From the IMG/VR virus record IMGVR_UViG_3300043443_000500, positions 1 through 46,525 of that record: a DNA stretch of 46,525 nucleotides. The stretch is one strand, 5' to 3'. Of the stretch, positions 1 through 7,586 are shown one piece after another. Origin of the DNA: a virus (Duplodnaviria; Caudoviricetes). The position numbers and the translations under genes are program-made. Every line of letters begins with the position of its first letter. The stretch's first letter is position 1. The notes beneath the pieces are model-generated. The model ran no database searches. It was not told the origin of the DNA and saw nothing but the letters and a program-made list of their open reading frames with translations.

Positions 1-126
1 TTGGCAAGAATGAAACTTGACGGTTTGGAAAATTTATGGAGAGTCGTTACCCTGGGGATAGGGGGTACACCAAAATGCAACTTGAGGGTTCCGAAAAATA
101 GTGTCGTAGTTTCGAGAGGGGGGCGG
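1..126 (+). repeat. Exact terminal direct repeat, left copy (probably circular assembly overlap)
   Basis: ttggcaagaatgaaac...gagaggggggcgg is identical to 46400-46525. Confidence 0.95.
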
Positions 127-239
127 GGGCCATCCGTCCAGGATAAAAATTAATAGGGAATCGGGTTTGGGGAAATATACATAAACAATTAAACTATCTT
201 CAATCTTCCACTATTGCACTAGGTACAATTTGCTACTCT

Positions 240-420
240 ACAGATAGGAATAATATTCTAATAATATATTCTGATATATAGTGGAGTAGTAAAGTAGTAA
301 TATATTAATAGAATAAATGTTATGGAATATAGCATAGTAGAAGAGTATAGTAATATAATTAATAATAATACATATATAATAATAATATAAATAATAATAA
401 TAATATAAATATGAATATAT
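240..420. other. AT-rich low-complexity non-coding tract (possible unwinding element or terminus region)
   Basis: 351-420 has 68 of 70 A/T, with (AAT)n and TATAAT-like repeats; lies between the divergent late and early promoters. Confidence 0.5.
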
Positions 421-719
421 GGACATTTAAGAGCTTTAAGGTGGACTATTCTGTAAGACATATCCCCCTATACTTTTATTTCCTATATCCCCTTTTATAT
501 GCAATCTATTCCAATCATCTTTACCTACTCCACACCATGTCACACCATGGGAGGGGAGGGGTTCCTATTTTTATTTTTATTTCATATGGCCAAAAATAGT
601 AATTATTTTACTACATTTTCTAGTATTTTCTCCAGGATTTTTATCATCCTAAGTACTTATATTATAAGGCTTTACATCAATTCCACTTCCCTAAAATAGA
701 AAAATATTCCAATAATGTA

Positions 720-748
720 TTGACTATTATTTGATCCTATCCTATAGT
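720..748 (+). promoter_or_regulatory. Sigma70-type early promoter
   Basis: TTGACT-17 bp-TATAGT, A-rich UP-like tract upstream, small hairpin at 756-776 and AAGGA RBS before ORF 805. Confidence 0.7.
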
Positions 749-804
749 ACTAGTGTAAGGTTGATCGTCAGCCTTAAAGTAAAAAGTAGTAAAGGAATTC
801 AAAA

Positions 805-1023
805 ATGATGTCTACCGATGTTAAGCTTCTTGTGAAGGAACAAAAAATGAATTACATAGTATCTTGGATAACTTCTGATAAAGCAGAATCAGGGTATGAG
901 ATTTTCAGAGAATATGAAAAAGCGTTTGATTGTTATCAAAATCTAGTCGAAGTAAATTGTTCTGTAAGCATGGGGAAAATTTTTTCACAACATTGTGCAA
1001 AAGAATTAAAAGGGGGGGAATAA
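805..1023 (+). CDS. Hypothetical early protein
   Basis: ORF with AAGGA RBS, first gene after the promoter. Confidence 0.6.
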   Translation: MMSTDVKLLVKEQKMNYIVSWITSDKAESGYEIFREYEKAFDCYQNLVEVNCSVSMGKIFSQHCAKELKGGE

Positions 1024-1025
1024 CA

Positions 1026-1232
1026 ATGTATACATTCAATGGCGTATCTATCAAAAGTCCAGAAGGTGATGAGAAGAAACTCAAGAAGGATAGTCGTACA
1101 CAAATGGAAGTATATTTGGGTATGCTGAATTCACAATATAACTTTAATCAGATAACAAAAGATAAGCGTGATGAGATGGTTCAAACCATTTTATCAGCAT
1201 TCTACAATCAACAGCAAATTAACATTGTTTAA
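1026..1232 (+). CDS. Hypothetical early protein (start MYTFNG)
   Basis: G-rich RBS before ATG 1026; tight packing with neighbours. Confidence 0.6.
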   Translation: MYTFNGVSIKSPEGDEKKLKKDSRTQMEVYLGMLNSQYNFNQITKDKRDEMVQTILSAFYNQQQINIV

Positions 1233-1242
1233 GGGGTATAAA

Positions 1243-1419
1243 ATGTACAAATTCAAGGAAACATCACAAGGAATTGAAATATCTAATTGGGAAAAATCCC
1301 TTCTGATGAAAGATCAAGACGATTGCGACATATTCTTGAATGAGTTCAAGAAAATAAGGGGAGACATTGAAGCGGAGCAGATATATCTATCCGATTGTTT
1401 TTTAAGCTTATTGGACTAA
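1243..1419 (+). CDS. Hypothetical early protein (start MYKFKE)
   Basis: AAGGGG RBS before ATG 1243. Confidence 0.6.
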   Translation: MYKFKETSQGIEISNWEKSLLMKDQDDCDIFLNEFKKIRGDIEAEQIYLSDCFLSLLD

Positions 1420-1436
1420 TAACAAGGGGAAACATC

Positions 1437-2228
1437 ATGAAACTAAGAACCAAGAAGCCTTCACCCATGTACATAGAATGGGAAGGAAGATCATACAAGG
1501 TAGGTAGTCTTTTGAGCGATAACGAAAAACTTAAGCTTTCTGGCGAAGAATACCTTGTTTATGGAATCCAATTGGCCCCACATAAAATCGGCGGTTTCAA
1601 TGTCTGTGGATCGGCTTCGGACAATTGTATAGAAGCTTGTATATTTTCGTCAGGCCGTGGGCAAATGAGTTCTGTTCAATTTGGACGGCTTAAAAGGAAG
1701 TTAGCTTTCTTCACTCATCGCCAAGAGTTCTTAAAACATCTTGTTTGGGAAATAGCTTCCAAGCTTAAATCGTGCAATAAAAAGGGACTAAAGCTTGCCA
1801 TACGCCTTAATGTATTCAGCGATGTTATTTGGGAAAAGGTATTTCCAGAACTATTTTCTATTTTTCCTACAGTACAATTTTATGACTACTCAAAACATCA
1901 ATTTAGGTTTAAGGAAGGATACAAGCTTCCTTCCAACTATCACTTAACTTACTCCCGCTCCGAAAATACTTCCTTGGAATTCATCCACGATTTAATCGGC
2001 CGTGGCATCAATGTCGCAATTCCTTTTGATTGCGAAAAACATAATCTCCCCCAACAATGGCAAGGTATCCCTATCATCGATGGAGACTTGCACGACTCAA
2101 GATTCATGGATGCTAGTGGAGTTATCGTAGGCCTTGCTGTTAAGGGTGATGGCAAGAAGATGGAAGCCACTAGCTCATCATTCATCGTCTCAACTAATGA
2201 ATCTAGGTTTTTACTATCCCTTGTTTAA
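1437..2228 (+). CDS. GP88-family phage protein (Cys-x6-Cys-x3-Cys, possible Fe-S binding)
   Basis: Motifs LAP..GFNVCGSASDNCIEAC, IRLNVFSD, FYDYSK, NYHLTYS.SE and DGDLHDSRF.D match GP88-family proteins as recalled. Confidence 0.75.
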   Translation: MKLRTKKPSPMYIEWEGRSYKVGSLLSDNEKLKLSGEEYLVYGIQLAPHKIGGFNVCGSASDNCIEACIFSSGRGQMSSVQFGRLKRKLAFFTHRQEFLKHLVWEIASKLKSCNKKGLKLAIRLNVFSDVIWEKVFPELFSIFPTVQFYDYSKHQFRFKEGYKLPSNYHLTYSRSENTSLEFIHDLIGRGINVAIPFDCEKHNLPQQWQGIPIIDGDLHDSRFMDASGVIVGLAVKGDGKKMEATSSSFIVSTNESRFLLSLV

Positions 2229-2245
2229 GGAAGGAAGGTTATATC

Positions 2246-2566
2246 ATGGAAAGTCTATTGGATTTCGCTTGCCGTATGGAACACCGATTAAAGGAATTAG
2301 GTTTTGAATTTGAGTTTCAATCCCCAGATAGTGGTTCAAGGTATTATTCAAAACAGATTAGGTATTGTATGTTTGATGGCAAATATTTTGATGTAAAGGA
2401 TTCAATCCTAAGGGTGAGAGTATCAGATCATAATCTTGATGGCCATGATGGCCATGATAACCCCAATGGGAAACACCATTATCAAGTTATTCAACAAGAT
2501 ACTGATGAGAATGTGGAGATATTTTTCAGGCATATATCATGCTACCATTTGGATAAGCCCAAATAG
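2246..2566 (+). CDS. Hypothetical protein (VRVSDH motif)
   Basis: Strong AAGGAAGG RBS; SGSRYY...LRVRVSDH resembles small phage polyvalent-associated domains (recall only). Confidence 0.65.
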   Translation: MESLLDFACRMEHRLKELGFEFEFQSPDSGSRYYSKQIRYCMFDGKYFDVKDSILRVRVSDHNLDGHDGHDNPNGKHHYQVIQQDTDENVEIFFRHISCYHLDKPK

Positions 2567-2613
2567 GTGAACCCGTAAAATCCTGGATTTTGATCGACCC
2601 CTATTTTCCACAA

Positions 2614-2637
2614 GCCCCATGGTTGTTTCCATGGGGC
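2614..2637. promoter_or_regulatory. Perfect 9-bp hairpin, function unknown
   Basis: GCCCCATGG-ttgttt-CCATGGGGC, intergenic, no U-tract on the coding strand. Confidence 0.5.
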
Positions 2638-2671
2638 AAAAAATCTCACCACCAATAAAAGGATTAAGACC

Positions 2672-2878
2672 ATGAAAAGAAAATATATGTCCGGAGTATT
2701 CGAGGCAAAGATTTACATTGACCATTCAGGCAAAGGACATTGCTGGAAGATTATCGACAGGAATAAAATTCCATTGGATGTTTTAAACGAAATCGAAGCC
2801 GAAATCATCGATGGCGAAGTTGACGAATGCAAATCGTATTTTGCATCCAATGGATGCCATTACAAATGGAAGAGATAA
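2672..2878 (+). CDS. Hypothetical early protein
   Basis: AAAGGA RBS, flanked by junction repeats. Confidence 0.65.
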   Translation: MKRKYMSGVFEAKIYIDHSGKGHCWKIIDRNKIPLDVLNEIEAEIIDGEVDECKSYFASNGCHYKWKR

Positions 2879-2908
2879 CCAGACCCCTGTTTTGATGAAA
2901 GGATACCA

Positions 2909-3094
2909 ATGTTTAAAGTATTAGGAAAATATAAGAACGAATGGGTGTATGATATCGATGTTTACAGTAGTCAACTTTTAGTGGTCATTGGCCCAGAAGG
3001 ATTGACGCAGGATATGGTTCACGAAGGAGATGTGCCGGACGAATGGCGATGGATTTCTGGCGATGAATGGGAGCAGTTTTATAGCCATATTTAG
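2909..3094 (+). CDS. Hypothetical early protein
   Basis: RBS lies within the junction repeat. Confidence 0.65.
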   Translation: MFKVLGKYKNEWVYDIDVYSSQLLVVIGPEGLTQDMVHEGDVPDEWRWISGDEWEQFYSHI

Positions 3095-3122
3095 ACCCCT
3101 ATTTTCATGAAAGGAATACGCA

Positions 3123-3320
3123 ATGGATGACCATGAAATACCTGAAATGTATTTCCACTTTCGGTTTTTCTTTTCCAATGGTTCCGGAAAACAAATCCAA
3201 TCCATTAGGAAAATCAAAGCTAGTGGGATTCATAACGCTGTCAAAAAATTCAGCGAGGATTTCATAGAATGGGACGAGCCGTTGCCCGAATGGCAACTAA
3301 TGAATATATCCTGTGATTAG
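3123..3320 (+). CDS. Hypothetical early protein
   Basis: RBS lies within the junction repeat. Confidence 0.6.
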   Translation: MDDHEIPEMYFHFRFFFSNGSGKQIQSIRKIKASGIHNAVKKFSEDFIEWDEPLPEWQLMNISCD

Positions 3321-3342
3321 CCCTTGTTTTGCTATGGCTAAC

Positions 3343-3372
3343 TGTAAGGAATACTTATCAATATTCCTTACA
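3343..3372. promoter_or_regulatory. Perfect 11-bp inverted repeat (hairpin or operator)
   Basis: TGTAAGGAATA-cttatcaa-TATTCCTTACA, intergenic. Confidence 0.55.
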
Positions 3373-3408
3373 TCTAGACCCTATTTTCCAAGGAAGGATT
3401 CATAAGGC

Positions 3409-3636
3409 ATGGCCCGCGAAAAGATGCGTAGGTATGCGATTGTGTACTCCAAGAACGAAGAACCAGAAAGATGTTATAAGCTCATCGTGTTTGCCACCAG
3501 CAACGATGATGCCTTCAAACAATTCTGGAAACATATGATCGTTGAAAACTCCTGGGGAAAGAAAAAGCCGTTCACGATGCGTGGTATCAAAAAACGATAC
3601 TACATAGTTTCCAGCGACTGGATGGATACTGAGTAA
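3409..3636 (+). CDS. Hypothetical basic early protein
   Basis: RBS lies within the junction repeat. Confidence 0.65.
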   Translation: MAREKMRRYAIVYSKNEEPERCYKLIVFATSNDDAFKQFWKHMIVENSWGKKKPFTMRGIKKRYYIVSSDWMDTE

Positions 3637-3666
3637 GACCCTAGTTTTTTTGAAGGAAAACTTGAC

Positions 3667-3906
3667 ATGGATAACAAGAAAAAAATCATAAAAGAATCAT
3701 GCCCAAACGAAGAAATCTTTTGCGACTATTGCGATGCAAAATGTACCATGAGTTCATTGGGTTGTGGCAATCAACTTCTGGAAGATAATCATTCATGTGT
3801 ATGGAAAAAGTGGGATTACATATGCCTAGATTGTGCCGAGAAATTATCCGATAGAATAGATGAGGATGAAGAATTGGCAGAAAGGATTGAATGGTACACA
3901 AGATGA
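3667..3906 (+). CDS. Small putative zinc-binding protein
   Basis: CDYC and CLDC pairs; stop overlaps the ATG of the methyltransferase (ATGA). Confidence 0.6.
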   Translation: MDNKKKIIKESCPNEEIFCDYCDAKCTMSSLGCGNQLLEDNHSCVWKKWDYICLDCAEKLSDRIDEDEELAERIEWYTR

Positions 3907-5066
3907 AATACTTATCTGTTTGTTCGGGCATTGAGGCAGCATCTGTCGCCTGGACCCCTTTGGGTTTCACCCCTGTTGGATTTTCCGAGATCGAAAAATT
4001 CCCCTCGGAAGTATTGAAACATCATTACCCAGATACCACCAACTATGGAGACATCAATGAGTTCAGAGAATGGAAGCTCCCAGCAAAACCAGAAATTATT
4101 GTGGGTGGAACCCCATGTCAGGCTTTTTCAATTGCCGGAAAGCGAGGTGGACTCGATGACCCCAGAGGTCAGATCATGCTGCGATATCTTGAACTCATTG
4201 AACATCACCGCCCCCGATGGATCATCTGGGAAAATGTGCCAGGTGTCCTCAGTAGCAACAAAGGAAGGGATTTTGGAACCCTCCTCACATCGCTGGGGAA
4301 CCTGGGGTATGGGTGGGCCTACCGCATCCTTGATGCTCAGTGGGTCAGAACACAACAACATCCTGGGGCAGTACCTCAGCGAAGACGGCGTGTGTTCGTT
4401 GTCGGACATCTTGGAGACATCAAGCGTCCAGCAAAGGTATTATTTGAGTCGCAAAGCTTGTGCCGGAATTCTACGCCGATCAGAACGCAGAGGGAAGCAA
4501 TTGCCGGAGGAGCTAAAAGAAGCTCTAAAGAATGGCCTGCAAATGTAGCATCAACATTAGAAGCTGCATTTGCCAGCAAACAGGGTTTAGAAGATCAACA
4601 CATTAATGGTGGAGCAAAGCTATTTGTACTAGACCCTCATCTTGGATCATCAGCACCAACAATTACGGCATCAAATGATCCGAGTCGATCCCCACAATCT
4701 ACCGAGATAACCAATCAGGTTGCTTCTGTTTATTATGCATCCATGCAGGTGAGAAGGCTGACATCAATTGCCTTTGACTCCTATAACAACAGTGTAACTG
4801 GGGATGTATCAAAAACATTAGATACAGGACAGGACTATCACCATGTTCCAAATGTTTTTCAAAAAAAGAATGTTCGCCGTCTGACCCCTAAAGAATGTGA
4901 ACGACTCCAAGGGTTCCCAGATGATTACACCAGAATACCCTGGAACGGAAAATCGCCAGACAAATGTCCGGATGGGCCAAGGTATAAAGCCTTGGGAAAT
5001 TCCATGGCTACAAACTGCATGGAATGGATCGGAAAGCGGATACTTGAGATAGACACTAGACCCTGA
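3903..5066 (+). CDS. DNA (cytosine-5)-methyltransferase
   Basis: Motif I SVCSGI, catalytic GGTPCQ, ENV, PQRRRRVF, RRLTPKECERLQGFPD, ALGNS. Confidence 0.95.
   Translation: MKYLSVCSGIEAASVAWTPLGFTPVGFSEIEKFPSEVLKHHYPDTTNYGDINEFREWKLPAKPEIIVGGTPCQAFSIAGKRGGLDDPRGQIMLRYLELIEHHRPRWIIWENVPGVLSSNKGRDFGTLLTSLGNLGYGWAYRILDAQWVRTQQHPGAVPQRRRRVFVVGHLGDIKRPAKVLFESQSLCRNSTPIRTQREAIAGGAKRSSKEWPANVASTLEAAFASKQGLEDQHINGGAKLFVLDPHLGSSAPTITASNDPSRSPQSTEITNQVASVYYASMQVRRLTSIAFDSYNNSVTGDVSKTLDTGQDYHHVPNVFQKKNVRRLTPKECERLQGFPDDYTRIPWNGKSPDKCPDGPRYKALGNSMATNCMEWIGKRILEIDTRP
4045..4548 (+). CDS. Nested alternative-frame protein resembling the M.EcoHK31I beta polypeptide (start uncertain)
   Basis: +1 frame ORF wholly inside the MTase; KMC..S.ATK...SS.RW..WGM...CSLSDILET....YYLS..AC.GILRRSERRGKQLP resembles the recalled beta-peptide N-terminal half. 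Confidence 0.6.
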   Translation: METSMSSENGSSQQNQKLLWVEPHVRLFQLPESEVDSMTPEVRSCCDILNSLNITAPDGSSGKMCQVSSVATKEGILEPSSHRWGTWGMGGPTASLMLSGSEHNNILGQYLSEDGVCSLSDILETSSVQQRYYLSRKACAGILRRSERRGKQLPEELKEALKNGLQM

Positions 5067-5092
5067 TTATTGCTACCATTGATGAACCATAT

Positions 5093-5121
5093 GGGGGCCG
5101 AAAATTATCGACCCCCTTTTT
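5093..5121 (+). terminator. Rho-independent terminator after the methyltransferase
   Basis: GGGGGCCGA-aaatta-TCGACCCCC (one mismatch) followed by TTTTT. Confidence 0.7.
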
Positions 5122-5142
5122 CATTGCTCAATGGAATGATCA

Positions 5143-5676
5143 ATGGGTGAAAAAAAGTTCAACTTGTTTCAGGCTGGGGAGCAACTCGGTGTCGGGTATA
5201 CAACAGTACGGAGATATGTTTCTGAATTGTCAAAAGTTCAAGAGGTGGAAAAAAGCAGGACACATACCGGACATTTGGCATCTTATTTAACTCAGAAGCA
5301 AATCGATTGGATCAAGAACAATTTACTGCCAACGCAATCTGACAAGAAAAAGCTATTGGCGAAACGCACCCAGGATTCCGGTGAGGTTGGATTCTTTTAT
5401 GTGATTCTTTTAATACCGGAGTTCTCGTCTACTAGAATAAAAATCGGTTTTACCAATAATGTTTCAACCAGGCTGTCTTCCCATCAATGTGCAGCACCCA
5501 CGGCAAAGCTGCTCCGCTCTTGGCCATGCAAACGCAACTGGGAAGCATTTCTTACCGATGTGGTTCTGAGGCATGGTCAATGTATACGATCAGAAGTATT
5601 CGATGTGGCGAAGCTAGAACCCCTGTTCAAGGACATTGACAAGGTTCTGAAACTGGTTGAGCCTGGCAAGAAATAG
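5143..5676 (+). CDS. N-terminal HTH plus GIY-YIG/T5orf172-like nuclease-domain protein
   Basis: AGEQLGVGYTTVRRYV (HTH); GFFYVI...IKIGFTNNVSTRL..HQ...E. Confidence 0.7.
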   Translation: MGEKKFNLFQAGEQLGVGYTTVRRYVSELSKVQEVEKSRTHTGHLASYLTQKQIDWIKNNLLPTQSDKKKLLAKRTQDSGEVGFFYVILLIPEFSSTRIKIGFTNNVSTRLSSHQCAAPTAKLLRSWPCKRNWEAFLTDVVLRHGQCIRSEVFDVAKLEPLFKDIDKVLKLVEPGKK

Positions 5677-6022
5677 AATCGGAATTAAAAAACAAATCTG
5701 AAAAAACAATAGATCTTAAAACTGTTTGCTCTTCTCCTGTTAGCTTCGCAAACAGTTCTCCACGGATTCCACCAGACGAATGGAACATGGAAAGTATTAG
5801 CCCAATCATTTCTTTTTCTGGACAATCAGCCATGCCAATACTCTTTTTATGGAAACGAAAACACCCAGCGTATCGAACATAACCGAAGGATTAAGGTTAA
5901 GTAATTTCGCTGGGTGCAATCGCAATATAAATATGAAAATCATTACGACAACAAGTCGTCCTGACCTTCATTGTATTATTCGTTATACTCCACAAAATAT
6001 TTTAGGCAATATCAAAAAAAAA

Positions 6023-6859
6023 TTAATCTGTGCAAGTGCAAGAAATAGTGTCATCAAAATCTGGGAAAAGTTTTCCCTGCATTTTTGACTCTAGCAAAAT
6101 GTTTTCATAAGATGGACGATCTTTCCTGAATGTTGCATTAATTGCAATCTCTGATTTTAAAATTTTCTTTTCTTGTTCAATCCACCAGTTTAATGCTTCT
6201 GGAGTTTCTTTTGCCACAAGATCGAGCCTGTATCTTGATTTAAGAAAACATCCCTGGCAATTGCCTTGATGCTGTGGAATTTCTAAATCAAAATTTTGCT
6301 TAGACCAAAAATTCATAACATCCTGCAAAGTATGTTTTGCGTCATGTATTGGAGTAACAGCAGGATTTCTTCTGGAATTTCTTTTTATGCTTGCGACTCT
6401 TCTTGGCTCGTCATATCGGAGTCCTATGAGTTGATTGTGTTTATGAAATTCTTTTCCAAGATGATCTTTTGCCCATCTGTCCAAAAGTCTTATTTTTAAT
6501 TCAACAGTGCAAAATCTTGCGACTGGATTTGGAAGATAATTTCTTTCATCAATCAAAATTGAGAATGGTTCACCATTTCTTGATGCATTAGCGTAGTTAA
6601 CGATTGAGTATCTTGGATCATTTTTCTTACCAATGTACTCAAGCCAAACTATGTCTATATTCCAGTTGATTGCACATTTTTCTATAAAGTCATATGTTTT
6701 TTTATGCTCAAGACCTGTGTTACAAAAAACAACTTTTATATGAGGTGGTAAAATTCCGCCATGAGCTTGTATCACATTGTAAAGCATGAACCCTGAAGTT
6801 CTTCCACCAGAAAAACTTATAACAGATGGATCATCCATGTAGTATTTATTGTTCATCAA
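6023..6859 (-). CDS. NinC-like / PAPS-reductase-family protein
   Basis: PP-loop ISFSGGRTS, FCNTGLEH, RFCTVELK, GLRYDE, NCQGCFLK, C-terminal CTCTD. Confidence 0.85.
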   Translation of the reverse strand: MMNNKYYMDDPSVISFSGGRTSGFMLYNVIQAHGGILPPHIKVVFCNTGLEHKKTYDFIEKCAINWNIDIVWLEYIGKKNDPRYSIVNYANASRNGEPFSILIDERNYLPNPVARFCTVELKIRLLDRWAKDHLGKEFHKHNQLIGLRYDEPRRVASIKRNSRRNPAVTPIHDAKHTLQDVMNFWSKQNFDLEIPQHQGNCQGCFLKSRYRLDLVAKETPEALNWWIEQEKKILKSEIAINATFRKDRPSYENILLESKMQGKLFPDFDDTISCTCTD

Positions 6860-6871
6860 AAATCCTTTCTG

Positions 6872-7159
6872 TCAATTTATTGGAAATTGTTCCATGAAAA
6901 GAGGTGTCTTTTCTCCAAAATGAACACATCGAATATTGTGGAAAAAATATTTCCAAGCTTCTTCACGATCCATACCATCCCGATGCATCAGGATTTTAAT
7001 GATCGCATTGATGCCATATACGACAAGAGGAACTCCATCCACACAGACAGCACCGGCAATCGCATCGTCCAGTCCATCCAAAAAACAAAAATCATCCTCA
7101 AAAAACTCATCCTCAAAAAAATCAACAATCTCTTTGCGAATTTCCTTGCTAACTTCCAT
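6872..7159 (-). CDS. Conserved phage hypothetical protein
   Basis: DGLDDAIAG...VVY....II..LM.RDGM..EEA..YF..NI.....GEKTP pattern recalled from aquatic phages. Confidence 0.7.
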   Translation of the reverse strand: MEVSKEIRKEIVDFFEDEFFEDDFCFLDGLDDAIAGAVCVDGVPLVVYGINAIIKILMHRDGMDREEAWKYFFHNIRCVHFGEKTPLFMEQFPIN

Positions 7160-7309
7160 TTAAAACTCCTTCATCCACATCATCATGGTTCTGATGACCC
7201 AGAAAGTACCCCACCATAGTAAACATATCATGGAAACTATGATCGGAAAGATTACCAAAAACTGTAGTATCCTATCGGATACACTCAATGGTTCCTTGTC
7301 TTCAGTCAT
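7160..7309 (-). CDS. 49-aa single-pass membrane protein (not in the ORF track)
   Basis: MTEDKEPLSVSDRILQFLVIFPIIVSMICLLWWGTFWVIRTMMMWMKEF; overlaps the upstream stop and abuts the next ATG. Confidence 0.6.
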   Translation of the reverse strand: MTEDKEPLSVSDRILQFLVIFPIIVSMICLLWWGTFWVIRTMMMWMKEF

Positions 7310-7586
7310 GATCCACTCCTGCTTTAGCCAGAGTGTGTGCTAATGCCAAGTAGGACGCAGCATCATGGATCGAGTCCTGGTGATGACCATGGCAGAGACG
7401 ACTGAGCTTCAGTAATGTCATGAGCATACACACATCATAGGACGACACCGGAAGCTGTAGGTATTCGCTCCAAGCCTTGGAAATACGCTTAATGTTTACG
7501 GCTGGATCAGCGTAGTCAATCGACCTTTTTTCAATCAGATCAATACAAGTTTCAAAGAATCCTTCCACGGTTTTATCAGACATCAT
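7302..7586 (-). CDS. DUF6378-like protein
   Basis: R..DY.DP..N..RI...WS.YL......DV...M.LLK.SR......DS..D.A.Y. Confidence 0.75.
   Translation of the reverse strand: MMSDKTVEGFFETCIDLIEKRSIDYADPAVNIKRISKAWSEYLQLPVSSYDVCMLMTLLKLSRLCHGHHQDSIHDAASYLALAHTLAKAGVDHD

Larger units (their letters stand above)
2215..3657 (+). repeat. Dispersed intergenic repeat family (A)GACCC(C)T(A/G)TTTT-n-AAGGA(A) at early gene junctions
   Basis: Copies at about 2596, 2881, 3093, 3376 and 3636; degenerate copies at 2215, 3318 and 5058; 2881-2903 and 3093-3115 match at 21 of 23 nt. Confidence 0.8.

Noticed and set aside
238-699. Tyr/Ile-rich ORFs in the AT-rich region
   Set aside because: Translations of low-complexity (AAT/TAT)n DNA, with no RBS.
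2614-2643. Hairpin as an intrinsic terminator
   Set aside because: It is followed by an A-run rather than a U-run on the transcribed strand.
2215-3660. CRISPR array or integron attC array
   Set aside because: Repeats are short and degenerate, the spacers are whole genes, there is no attC-type palindrome with RYYYAAC/GTTRRRY ends, and no cas or integrase gene is present.
5627-6088. ORFs 5627-5833 (-) and 5849-6088 (+)
   Set aside because: Each overlaps a better-supported gene on the opposite strand, has a weak RBS and no motifs.
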